Of a DNA stretch of 64,000 nucleotides, positions 42,891 through 51,839 are shown piece by piece; position 1 is the stretch's first letter; each line of letters starts with the position of its first letter. Origin of the DNA: an uncultured Acidobacteriota bacterium. Its GTDB lineage: Bacteria > Acidobacteriota > Thermoanaerobaculia > Multivoradales > JAHEKO01. A program made the position numbers and the translations under genes. The stretch is from NCBI GenBank assembly GCA_963713825.1, contig CAVQNG010000003.1, positions 544,001 to 608,000 on the forward strand, in the 5' to 3' direction. The notes beneath the pieces were generated by a model that was not told the DNA's origin, did no database searches, and saw only the letters and a list, made by a program, of their open reading frames with translations.

Positions 42891-42894
42891 AGAG

Positions 42895-43042
42895 GGGGCA
42901 TAGGGGCGTAGGGGCTTAAGGGCTTAGGGGCGCGGGAGGGGGGGGGGCCACTGCCCTAAAGGTCAGCCGGAGCGAGCGACGGCTGCCTCAACCCCCAAGC
43001 CCTCGAGGATCGGCCGGAGGTACGACCGGCCGCCTCAACTCT
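42895..43042 (-). repeat. Dispersed modular hairpin repeat, family 1, copy D
   Basis: On - strand: GTTGAGGCGGCCGG..CCGGCCG-TCGAGGGCTTGGGGGTTGAGG-hairpin-TTTAGGGCAGTGG-C10..CCTAAGCCCTTAAGCCCCTACG. Confidence 0.88.
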
Positions 43043-44716
43043 CTAGGCCTGCGGATAGCTCGGGCGAATGTCCACCGGCACGTCGTCCAGGCGTCCGATC
43101 GCTTCCAGTAGCGGCGCCGATGCCTGGCCGTAGGTCTCGAGGAACTTCGCGGTTCCCTCGTAGTCGCCAGTCGCCTGCAACATCAGCATCTCGTTCAGCA
43201 GGACCTCGATCGCGGCGGGGAACTTCTCCGACACCGCGTGGAATCGCCCTTCGGCATCGACTTCCAGAGCACCCTTTTCCAGCAGATAATTGAACTGCGA
43301 GACCACGCCTTGCCCGTGCGCCTCGTGGACACCGAAGCGCGCTGCCCGGAACAACCCCGCCACATACGTCGCTTCCAGGGTCTCGCGCAGCTCCTTCGGC
43401 ATCACACCCTTGTCGACCAAGGCGAGGATGTTATAGACGCCCATGACGTCGGCCTTGGCCTCCTCCATCGTGGAGTAGAGCTCCTTGAGCTCCAGTCGAA
43501 CCTCGGTGTCGCGTCCGTCGAGTTGGATGAGACCCGGCCCCAAGCCGTGGCTCAACTCGTGATGCAGACTCTCGCTGAAGAACGCATCGAAGGAGACGCG
43601 GGACAGATCTTCCGGCGCCAGGACACGCTCGGCGATCGGCATCAGGATCTTGTCGAACTTGGCTCGCAGAATGTTGCGCAGCATCACCTTCTTCGATCCC
43701 TTCGCCTCGCGCACCCGCTCGTCGTTGGGAAGATTGAAGGCCAGGGTCTGGACTCCGGCCTTGGTGTCTCCACCAGCGAACAGCACATCGACGACTCGGA
43801 TCGGGCTTTCCGTGCCGCGGTCCAGGTTCTTGTGCTCCTCCGGAATGGGCAGGTTCATCTCCAACCACGGCAATTCCTGTTTGAAGCCATCAAGGGCCGC
43901 CGACTCCGCGGGCAAAGCCACGGTGACGAAGGCCTCGTAGGCAGCTTTGTAGCCGAAGAGGCTGTCCTCGTAGGTCTCATAGGGACCGATCGTCACCTCG
44001 ACGGGCGAGTCCAGATCCATCCAAGCCACGTCACTGTCGTAGTAATCGTCGGTCTCGAAAGCGTCAGCCCGTAGGGATAGAAAGCTCTGAAGTGAGGCGT
44101 TGTCGGTTGCCGCGGCCGCCTCCCGCAGGTTGGCGATCGCCGGCTCCAGCCACTGGTGGTACTCCTGAGCGTAGGGCACTGCGACCAGTCCGCCGTCCTG
44201 CCGGCGAATCACCGTGAACTCAGAGGTAAAGGCCTCTTCATCCTCTGGGTGCTCGGCGAGCCAGGTCTCGAACTCACTCTGCGTCATATCTTCTGGGTAG
44301 TAGCCGGCCCCTGGTGGGTGCGGCTTGGCCCCGATAAAAGGCGCCATCTCTTCCAGGCGGTCCCACGGACCGAAGTTGACGCTGAAGTAGGCGCGGCCTG
44401 CATCCATCTCGGCACCCTGGGCGTCCTCGAGCTCCGCTTGCAGCGCCGGGTTACCCTGCCAAACCTGACGCAGAAAGATTTCGTCCATCGAGCGGGCCGC
44501 CTGGACCAGGATCTCCAGGACTCGAAGCTCGTCCTCGGACAAGCTCGAAACGTCGGCGACCAACTCGGTCGGCTCGAAACGGGCCAGCCTTTCGGCGACG
44601 TTGGCAGCCACCTCCAGGCCCTCTCCGGCTGCAGGACCAGGCCCCTGCTCGGCCTTCGGGGCGCACCCAGCGAGAACCGCGACGATCAAGACTCCACTGA
44701 TTAGCCTCATGTTCAT
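43043..44716 (-). CDS. Dipeptidyl-peptidase III-like (M49) lipoprotein
   Basis: Lipobox LAGC; IGPYETYED, AFNLPNDE, HELSHGLGP, EEAKAD. Confidence 0.85.
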   Translation of the reverse strand: MNMRLISGVLIVAVLAGCAPKAEQGPGPAAGEGLEVAANVAERLARFEPTELVADVSSLSEDELRVLEILVQAARSMDEIFLRQVWQGNPALQAELEDAQGAEMDAGRAYFSVNFGPWDRLEEMAPFIGAKPHPPGAGYYPEDMTQSEFETWLAEHPEDEEAFTSEFTVIRRQDGGLVAVPYAQEYHQWLEPAIANLREAAAATDNASLQSFLSLRADAFETDDYYDSDVAWMDLDSPVEVTIGPYETYEDSLFGYKAAYEAFVTVALPAESAALDGFKQELPWLEMNLPIPEEHKNLDRGTESPIRVVDVLFAGGDTKAGVQTLAFNLPNDERVREAKGSKKVMLRNILRAKFDKILMPIAERVLAPEDLSRVSFDAFFSESLHHELSHGLGPGLIQLDGRDTEVRLELKELYSTMEEAKADVMGVYNILALVDKGVMPKELRETLEATYVAGLFRAARFGVHEAHGQGVVSQFNYLLEKGALEVDAEGRFHAVSEKFPAAIEVLLNEMLMLQATGDYEGTAKFLETYGQASAPLLEAIGRLDDVPVDIRPSYPQA

Positions 44717-44940
44717 CCTCCTGTTCAGACCTGTTTCACCGCAGCAGAGAACCCGACTCGAAACATCTCGGGCTGTATATCTTCCTCACTCCAGAGGCTA
44801 TGCCTGTTGAGCTCTCCCGGCAAGGGTTTGGGCCTGTAAACCAGGTCATCACGCTCCTCGGACACGCTGAGCTACAATCCGCCCCGTATCTGGCCCCGGC
44901 CTCATTCGAGTCCGATCGTGGCCAGCCAAGGAGAACGGTC

Positions 44941-45432
44941 ATGAACAAACTCAGATGGTGCGGATTGATCACGGGTCTCCTGCTTCTGGTCTCTTCCTCT
45001 CCCTCGATGGCGGAGCTGGGCTACCAGACCTGGGGTCTCCGCGGTGGCGTCGGTGTCGATCCCGATCAGGGAATCATCGGAGTCCAGTGGAACCTGGGCA
45101 ACTTCACCCGCAGAATCCGGCTGCAGCCCAACTTCGAGCTCGGCTTTGGCGACAACGCCGTCATCGGCAACCTGGGGATTCCGATTCACTATCGGTTCGG
45201 GAACAGTCCAAACTACACCCCTTTCGTAGGGGGCGGAGTGTTGCTCGGCTACATCAACTATGACGAGAAAAAGTCCGGCAGCAGCAGCGACTGGTTCATC
45301 GAGCCCCTGGCCTTGGTGGGTATCGAGTGGCCCCTGAGTGGAGGCGGCCAGCTCTTCGTCGAGCTAGACCTGTCCTTCGGAGACGCCCATGACGCCAAGT
45401 TACTCCTCGGCTGGATGCGGCGAATTCGCTAG
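44941..45432 (+). CDS. Small exported, probable outer-membrane beta-barrel protein
   Basis: Signal peptide; alternating beta strands, TPFVGGG, C-terminal LLLGW. Confidence 0.65.
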   Translation: MNKLRWCGLITGLLLLVSSSPSMAELGYQTWGLRGGVGVDPDQGIIGVQWNLGNFTRRIRLQPNFELGFGDNAVIGNLGIPIHYRFGNSPNYTPFVGGGVLLGYINYDEKKSGSSSDWFIEPLALVGIEWPLSGGGQLFVELDLSFGDAHDAKLLLGWMRRIR

Positions 45433-45479
45433 GCGCTATCGCACAGTCTGTGGGTTCTAGAACCTCGTGTGGCACGAGC

Positions 45480-46115
45480 TCACTCGTCCACTACAGCTGA
45501 ACGGCTTGCCAGATCGAGAAGGCCCTCTCCTTCCATGATCTGCGATCGTCGCCGATCCGTCCGGAAGGTGAGAGTCAGCGCCAACGGATCGTCGCCACCC
45601 TTGGCTTTCGCCAACCAGGCTCGAAGCACCGACGCCGGCAGATCCTCGCGGCGATAGCCCCAGACTTCGACACTCAGGCGCTCGGTCGTGACCCGTTGCT
45701 CGTTCGGGTTCTGTGTTTCCCAGGCTAGTGCCGGACGGGTGGAGATACTCAGATGCGTCGGTGAGCCCAGCAAGATCAGCGCCCGGCCGCGAGCCGTCAA
45801 ACTGCCGCGGATACCCTCCTCTGCGTACAGCACATCCGCCGCCGCAACACGCTGCTCGTAGGCCTCATGGTAGGGATTGCCGGGCTCCTCTGGGCGAGGA
45901 TCTCGCCGCGACCAGAAAGCCTCGATGAAGGTGGCAGCCTCCTCCGGGTCCTGAATCTGACGGATCTCCCTTCGCTCGCTCGGCAGGAGGAGCCATCGGA
46001 CGGGACCCTCTGCCCAGGCGCTCGGATCCTCCGGCCCCGCAGCCCAGGCGCGAGCCGGTGGCCAGCCAACACCAAGAACCACAATCACGGTCAAGCCGAG
46101 AGCCAGGTTCCGCAT
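45480..46115 (-). CDS. GWxTD-domain protein (degenerate motif)
   Basis: WAEGPVRWLL, FIEAFWSRRDP.P, RVAAAD, GSLTARGR..ILLGSP. Confidence 0.78.
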   Translation of the reverse strand: MRNLALGLTVIVVLGVGWPPARAWAAGPEDPSAWAEGPVRWLLLPSERREIRQIQDPEEAATFIEAFWSRRDPRPEEPGNPYHEAYEQRVAAADVLYAEEGIRGSLTARGRALILLGSPTHLSISTRPALAWETQNPNEQRVTTERLSVEVWGYRREDLPASVLRAWLAKAKGGDDPLALTLTFRTDRRRSQIMEGEGLLDLASRSAVVDE

Positions 46116-46143
46116 GATCAGACCTGCCCCGAGGACGCCAAGG

Positions 46144-47511
46144 TTAGTCCTGATCGTCCTCGTGTGAAGGCAGCTTCCAGTGCACGGCCTCATCGAACTC
46201 CCAACGGTAACGCGGGAAATAGACTCCCACTCCGCGCTCCGCGGAAATCATCGAGAAGCTCAAGAAACGGCGGTGATAGTCATAGGGGTACCCATCTCGG
46301 GCATGGACAGCGACATCGAGCAGATACTCGCCGGGGGCCAGACGAAACGCTGGGCAAACGAGTCGCACAAGGGTCCGACCCTCGACTCCTTCCGAGGCGT
46401 ATCCGGAGAGGCCCGTGTTGGTGCCCCAGACCTCGACATCCCGAGGCGTGAAGACGCCGATCCCGAAGACGAAGTCCGTCAACTCCTGATGCGCTTCGAC
46501 TTCGATCTCGAAGCACACTTCCTCACCGCTCTCCAGGTTGTATTTCTCCTGACCGTTGGCGTCGAGTAACCGGACACCCAGGATCTCTGCCTCTCCCGAG
46601 CCCCATCGCCGCGGCTCCTCCGCGCCCTCGACACCAGCTTCCCCGTGTGATTGACTCCCCTGCTGACCATCGGCGTCGACGGCCTTGGTCGAATCTATAT
46701 CCGAAGCCTCTACGAGCTCTCTCTGGCGCGCCTCCTTGGCAGCCAGATGCGCCTCACCCTCTCGTTCGGCCACCGCCAATCGATAGGCATCCGCCACCCG
46801 CCGCGGTGAGCCGAGCAGTCGGTTGCGCCCCTTCTCGAGCCACAGCACCTCATCCGAAAACCGCTCGATGGTGTCCAGCGAGTGGCTGACCAGCAAGAGG
46901 GTGTTGCCCTTGGCGAGGAACTCCTCGATACGTCTTAGACAACGATGCTGAAAAGCCTCGTCTCCCACGGCCAGCACCTCGTCCACCAGCAGGATCTCGG
47001 GGTCCGTATGGATCGCCACCGAGAATCCGAGTCTGACGTACATGCCCGAAGAGTAGTTCTTGACCGGCTCCTCGATGAAATCCGCCAACCCAGAGAACTC
47101 CACGATGTCGTCGTATCGGCGATCGATCTCCTTGCGGCTCAAACCCAGAACCGCACCGTTGATGTAGACGTTCTCGCGACCCGAGATCTCGGGATGGAAG
47201 CCGGCTCCCAACTCGATCAGTGCGGCCACCCGGCCCGTCACGTCGACGCTCCCCTCGGTCGGCTGCAACATGCCCGCGAGGATCTTGAGCAGGGTCGACT
47301 TGCCGGACCCATTGCTGCCGATGACGCCGAACGCGGTTCCTTTCTTGACCGTGAAGGAGACGTCTTCCAGCGCCAGAATGGTGTCTTCCTCACGATGACC
47401 TCCAACCAGGCTGCGTTGGAGCAGCGCACTCTTGAGCGTCCTCAACCGGAAGCCAGGCGCCATCCGCAGATAGGACTTGTGCAGGTTCTCGACCTGGATG
47501 GCGACGCTCAT
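46144..47511 (-). CDS. wzt: Polysaccharide export ABC ATPase Wzt with C-terminal carbohydrate-binding domain
   Basis: GSNGSGKST, GAGFHPEISGREN, YSSGMYVRL, DEVLAVGD, RWGSGEA Wzt-C. Confidence 0.92.
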   Translation of the reverse strand: MSVAIQVENLHKSYLRMAPGFRLRTLKSALLQRSLVGGHREEDTILALEDVSFTVKKGTAFGVIGSNGSGKSTLLKILAGMLQPTEGSVDVTGRVAALIELGAGFHPEISGRENVYINGAVLGLSRKEIDRRYDDIVEFSGLADFIEEPVKNYSSGMYVRLGFSVAIHTDPEILLVDEVLAVGDEAFQHRCLRRIEEFLAKGNTLLLVSHSLDTIERFSDEVLWLEKGRNRLLGSPRRVADAYRLAVAEREGEAHLAAKEARQRELVEASDIDSTKAVDADGQQGSQSHGEAGVEGAEEPRRWGSGEAEILGVRLLDANGQEKYNLESGEEVCFEIEVEAHQELTDFVFGIGVFTPRDVEVWGTNTGLSGYASEGVEGRTLVRLVCPAFRLAPGEYLLDVAVHARDGYPYDYHRRFLSFSMISAERGVGVYFPRYRWEFDEAVHWKLPSHEDDQD

Positions 47512-48314
47512 ACCGCCTCCACCAGGCTGTCGCTGAGTCGGCCGAAGAGCCAGCAGCCCGCGACCCACAGAAGGGCACCCCAACCGACCATTTGAATCCA
47601 GATCTGCAATGACGGCACCACGCCCTGGAACAGAACAGCTTGGTAGGCCCGAGCGTACGGGGTGAAGGGATTGAGCCACTCGATCGCCCATATCAGAGGA
47701 GGGTAGGCCTTGAGAAAATCGAGAGGGTAGATGATCGGCGTCAAGTAGAAAAGAAGCGCCAGCAGATTGCCGACAATGTCCTTGACGTCCTTGAAGTGGA
47801 CATTGAGAGCCGACAGGCCCAGAGTCAAGCCGCCCAGAGCCGGTAGCTGTAGCGCCACGACGATTGGAAACAACACCACCGTCCATCCGCCGATGGGATC
47901 GCCGAGGATCCGACCGATGATCAATCCGGCTACCAGAATCGGTATCGCGAAGACGAAGTGAACCAGGTTTGAGAGCACCGAGACCATGGGCAAGACCTCG
48001 GCGGGAAAGACAGCCTTGCGGATCAGCCCGGAGTTGGCCGTCAACGACTGGGTGCCCTCCATCAAGGAGGTGGCAACCCAGGTCCATGGAAACAGACCGG
48101 TCATCAAGAAAAGTACGTACGGGTCCGTGCCTTCGAAGCGAGGCTTGAAGACCACGCTGAAGACGAAGGTGTAGACCCCAAGCAGCAACAGCGGAGTGAC
48201 GAGTGACCAGAAGAACCCGAGCACGGAGCCCCGGTAGCGCGCCTTGAGCTCCCTCGACACCAGGGTGGCCAGCAGGCCGCGGAATCGGAACAGTCTGTCC
48301 GCAACTTTGGTCAT
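47508..48314 (-). CDS. wzm: Polysaccharide export ABC permease Wzm
   Basis: RELKARYRGSVLGFFWSL, YLTPIIYP, LNP; overlaps the wzt start. Confidence 0.92.
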   Translation of the reverse strand: MTKVADRLFRFRGLLATLVSRELKARYRGSVLGFFWSLVTPLLLLGVYTFVFSVVFKPRFEGTDPYVLFLMTGLFPWTWVATSLMEGTQSLTANSGLIRKAVFPAEVLPMVSVLSNLVHFVFAIPILVAGLIIGRILGDPIGGWTVVLFPIVVALQLPALGGLTLGLSALNVHFKDVKDIVGNLLALLFYLTPIIYPLDFLKAYPPLIWAIEWLNPFTPYARAYQAVLFQGVVPSLQIWIQMVGWGALLWVAGCWLFGRLSDSLVEAV

Positions 48315-48511
48315 TCTGAGAATCGGACTTTCACTCGGTCGCCCTGACGAGCCGGCATCGCCAACCCTGCCAAAGGCCTGTCCCGCTTGGCGCCAACGCA
48401 AAGAGTACAGCAACGCGACGCAACCATGGTGAACTCAAGCGGAGGCGATGAGAAACACCCCTCCAGATTAGCGCGAAAGGCTGCTATTCAGGTGACGTGC
48501 CGAGGACTGGA

Positions 48512-49699
48512 TCAACCACCCGTCTCGGCGCGGGTCCGCCGCTGATCTTCTTCCAGCCGTCGCAGGCGATCGAGCAGCTCCTGACGACGATGCTCCACCT
48601 CCGCCTCGTAGTCGATCAGCTTGCCGTTGTTGACGACATAGACCCGAGGATATTTCTGGACGTCGCCCCTCTCGTCGAACTGGATGGTACCGGCGGCACC
48701 CGTGAAGTCACGCAGCGATCGCACGGCGCTCCAGAATTCGTTTGGTATCGCACCGGATCGGCGCAGCGCCTCGGCCAGAACCATCATGGCGTCGAAGCCG
48801 TGCACGGCGTAGAGATTGGGGTCACTGTTGTACTTGGCTCGGTAGCTCTCCACGAAAGCCTTCGTCTCGGGCTCTTCTGAGTCGAGATCGAAGGCCGCCT
48901 GGGTCAGAAAAACGCCCTCTGCTGGCCGCCCCACCTTGGCAATGATCTCTGGCGCAGCAAAGGCCGAGGTCGTGAAGATGGTCTCCTTGTAACCCTGGTC
49001 GCGCAGATAGCCGATCATCTGGGCCAGGTCGTCGGCATAGGCCGCCAGATAGACCGCGTCCGGCTGTAGGGTCATCACCCTCTCGATGACGCCGGACAGA
49101 TCCGAGGACAGGGATGGAAACTCGATGGTCTCGACCACCTCTCCTCCGTGGCGCTCGAACTCCTTCCGAAAGACCTCCTGAATCCCCATGGCGTACTCAC
49201 TTTGCTTGGCCAGGACCACGACCCTTTCGGCATTCATCTTCTGGGTCGCGAAGTTGCCCATCGTGGCACCCTCGCGGGCATCCGAAGGAAAAACCCGATA
49301 GAAATTCTTCGAGATTCCGGTGAGCTGGGGCGTCGAGGCCGACGGCGACATCAGCACTCGATCGTTCTCGTCAGCCACTGCCACCATCGACAGAGCTTCG
49401 GGCGTCGTGACGCCGCCGATCACGGCCAATGCATCCTGTTCATAGAGATCCGCCAGGAGCTGCTTGGCTTTCTCTGGATCGCTCTCGGAATCGACCACGA
49501 CCAGCTCGAGCTCGTAGGGAAAGTCACCCAGCGTCTGGAGCTGCTCGATGGCCAGCTCCACGCCCTTGCGGATCGGCTCTCCGTAGACCGCAGCCTCCCC
49601 AGTCAAAGGCAGCACGGCCCCGAATTTGACCGGCTTGTCCTTTTGGCAGGCGACAACTGTCGAGAGCAGAACGAGCAGGAGAATGCTTTTCTTCGTCAT
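48512..49699 (-). CDS. LivJ/LivK-like substrate-binding lipoprotein
   Basis: Lipobox VVAC; GAVLPLTG, RVFPSD, FTGAAGTIQFD..GD. Confidence 0.85.
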   Translation of the reverse strand: MTKKSILLLVLLSTVVACQKDKPVKFGAVLPLTGEAAVYGEPIRKGVELAIEQLQTLGDFPYELELVVVDSESDPEKAKQLLADLYEQDALAVIGGVTTPEALSMVAVADENDRVLMSPSASTPQLTGISKNFYRVFPSDAREGATMGNFATQKMNAERVVVLAKQSEYAMGIQEVFRKEFERHGGEVVETIEFPSLSSDLSGVIERVMTLQPDAVYLAAYADDLAQMIGYLRDQGYKETIFTTSAFAAPEIIAKVGRPAEGVFLTQAAFDLDSEEPETKAFVESYRAKYNSDPNLYAVHGFDAMMVLAEALRRSGAIPNEFWSAVRSLRDFTGAAGTIQFDERGDVQKYPRVYVVNNGKLIDYEAEVEHRRQELLDRLRRLEEDQRRTRAETGG

Positions 49700-49863
49700 G
49701 GTCGATTCACCGGCTTTCCGTTGATTGAACCAAGAACCTTTCTAACCCACGACCTACACACTATCAAGCCATCGCAACCCTACCTCGAAAGATTGCCACA
49801 GATCGACCTCATACCGCTAGTCGAGGCACCACAAATGTAGAAGAGCTAGAATAGACACCCGCC

Positions 49864-50172
49864 ATGACAAAGACACGGTCTCTCACCATTCGCTGCCCCG
49901 ATTGCGACGCCCACCTGGTCATCGATGCTGCCACGGGTGAGATTCTCGCCCACCGCGCCGCCAAGCAACCCTTGGCCGGTGGCAAGGACTTCGAAACCCT
50001 CCTCGAGGACCTCGATCGAGACAAGGACGCGGCCGAGGAGGTCTTCGCTCAAGAGATGGCCGCGATGAAAGACCGGGACCGGCTCCTCGAGGAGAAGTTC
50101 AAGCAAGCCATGGAGCGGGCCAAAGAAGAGCCTGACGACGTACCTCCCCCGCGGCCCTTCGATCTCGACTGA
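49864..50172 (+). CDS. Hypothetical protein with a single CxxC and helical C-terminus
   Basis: CPDC..IDAATG; ends RPFDLD. Confidence 0.7.
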   Translation: MTKTRSLTIRCPDCDAHLVIDAATGEILAHRAAKQPLAGGKDFETLLEDLDRDKDAAEEVFAQEMAAMKDRDRLLEEKFKQAMERAKEEPDDVPPPRPFDLD

Positions 50173-50199
50173 TCCCCGCAGGTTTTCTGCCCAGGCCCC

Positions 50200-50592
50200 C
50201 TACTGAACTAGGAAGTCCTCGCTTCTGAGGATCGAGATGGCTCGTTGCAGGCTCGCCTCTTTGACGAGTAGGTAGTCCGTGTCGAAGGTGGAGATCGCGA
50301 ACACGCTGACTCCCGCCGTCGCCAGCGGTCTCGTCAGTGAAGCCAGGATTCCCACCTCCGTGAACGCCAGCGGACCCTCGACCATGAGGCAGCGCCAACC
50401 TGTTTCGGCCTCAATCTCGGCGGGAACATTGCCCGCCTCGCAGACGATGGATAGCTCCAGCAGGGTCCGGGTCACCGACGAGAACGTGCCGCGTTGCGCC
50501 CAGTCCGGTACGGCCTCGCAAGCGGACAGGCGACAGACGGCAAAGCTCGGCTCCAGCAGAACCAGGTCGACCGCAGTTCCAGCCATCACCAA
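50200..50592 (-). CDS. ACT-domain protein (CASTOR/ACT_7-like)
   Basis: ELSIVC, GPLAFTEVGILA, STFDTDYLLVK. Confidence 0.85.
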   Translation of the reverse strand: MVMAGTAVDLVLLEPSFAVCRLSACEAVPDWAQRGTFSSVTRTLLELSIVCEAGNVPAEIEAETGWRCLMVEGPLAFTEVGILASLTRPLATAGVSVFAISTFDTDYLLVKEASLQRAISILRSEDFLVQ

Positions 50593-50599
50593 GGGCCCT

Positions 50600-50971
50600 T
50601 CAAGCTTCGTCCGGCTCCGCCGGGGAATCTCCTTCGGCCAGCGGTCGCAGCAGCTCTTCGGCTTCCCGGGCGCGCCCTTTCTCGACCCGTATGGTGGCGG
50701 CCAAGCCGCGGCCCGACTGGCTGATTCCGGCCCCCCAGCGACCCACCGGTAGAACGCTCAGCGCCTCCTCGCCCTGCACGACACAGGGGATCTCGGCGGA
50801 GGCCAGGAGTGACTTGACCACCGGCAACAGCGAGACATCAGCGGTCTCGAAAACCGGTACCAGATCCGCATCAGGATCCTCGGGGGGCAAAACTGCAACC
50901 AATTGGACTTCGCAGTCCGGACAGGACTCGATCTCATCTCGATACTCGGCTCGGCAGTCGGGACAATACAT
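50600..50971 (-). CDS. Zinc-ribbon plus DUF2007-like protein
   Basis: MYCPDC..CPDC; VKSLLASAEIP. Confidence 0.78.
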   Translation of the reverse strand: MYCPDCRAEYRDEIESCPDCEVQLVAVLPPEDPDADLVPVFETADVSLLPVVKSLLASAEIPCVVQGEEALSVLPVGRWGAGISQSGRGLAATIRVEKGRAREAEELLRPLAEGDSPAEPDEA

Positions 50972-51184
50972 TCGATTCCTCCATGGCCCACCTGTGACAA
51001 TTCTCGAAACCGGTGGTTCTCCGGGTGGGCGTTCCTACTCCCGAGACGATATCCCAGATGAGCTCTGCGATATCATTTCAGAGTCCTTGGCAACGCGATC
51101 CGATACCGCTCGAAGAAGTCCACGACGCCGTTCCAGCATCGGAGTCGGGCCCACTGTCAATGCTCGACTCTCGAGGAGCCACCC

Positions 51185-51781
51185 ATGACACGCCCCCATT
51201 TCAACAAGAGCCTGCCGATCCTGCTTCTCGTCCTCGGAGCCCCTTGGGTAGCTCTCGGTCTTCCTTCTGCACAAGAAGTGCCGTCGGAGGGCGAGACCAC
51301 CGAACTCTCGGGCCCTGGCGATCCACAGAGCCATTTGGCGGCCACGGTCGGAGAGTGGGACATGACCATCCACGTTTGGACCAGTCCCAACAGTGAGCCG
51401 GTGGAGACCCGCGGCTCCGCCACCAGTCGCTGGATCCTGGGCGAGAATTTCGTCGAGACCCGGCTCGAGGGTGAGGTGCTGGACAGTGCTTTCGAAGGAC
51501 TGAGGGTCGAGGGCTACGATGTCGCTATCGGCGAGTTCGTCAGCACTTGGCGAGACAGCCGAGGAACCTACACGTTGGTCTTCCAGGGCAAGTGCGATGC
51601 CAATTGTGCCATTCGCACCATGACTGCCGACTTCACCGATCCGGTCTCCAAGACCGCGCTCACCATCAAGAGCGTCACCACCATCGTCGACGACGACAGC
51701 TATCGGTACGAGTCCTACATCGTCACCCCGAGCGGCACCGAGATCAAGAACATGGAGCTCGTGGCGGCCCGCAAACCCTGA
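51185..51781 (+). CDS. DUF1579-like exported protein
   Basis: Signal peptide; VGEW, GYD, STWRDS. Confidence 0.72.
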   Translation: MTRPHFNKSLPILLLVLGAPWVALGLPSAQEVPSEGETTELSGPGDPQSHLAATVGEWDMTIHVWTSPNSEPVETRGSATSRWILGENFVETRLEGEVLDSAFEGLRVEGYDVAIGEFVSTWRDSRGTYTLVFQGKCDANCAIRTMTADFTDPVSKTALTIKSVTTIVDDDSYRYESYIVTPSGTEIKNMELVAARKP

Positions 51782-51839
51782 ACGCGCGCCGGCAAGCGAA
51801 TCGAGCCAGCTGGACTTCAAGGCAATCGACGAGGAGCGA

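Noticed and set aside
47512-48087. N-terminal extension making Wzt 647 aa
   Set aside because: Overlaps wzm in another frame; the likely start is ATG 47511 with a GGAGG RBS. Similar over-extensions were trimmed for sufS, sufB, rrf2, rpoD, hutI and M48.
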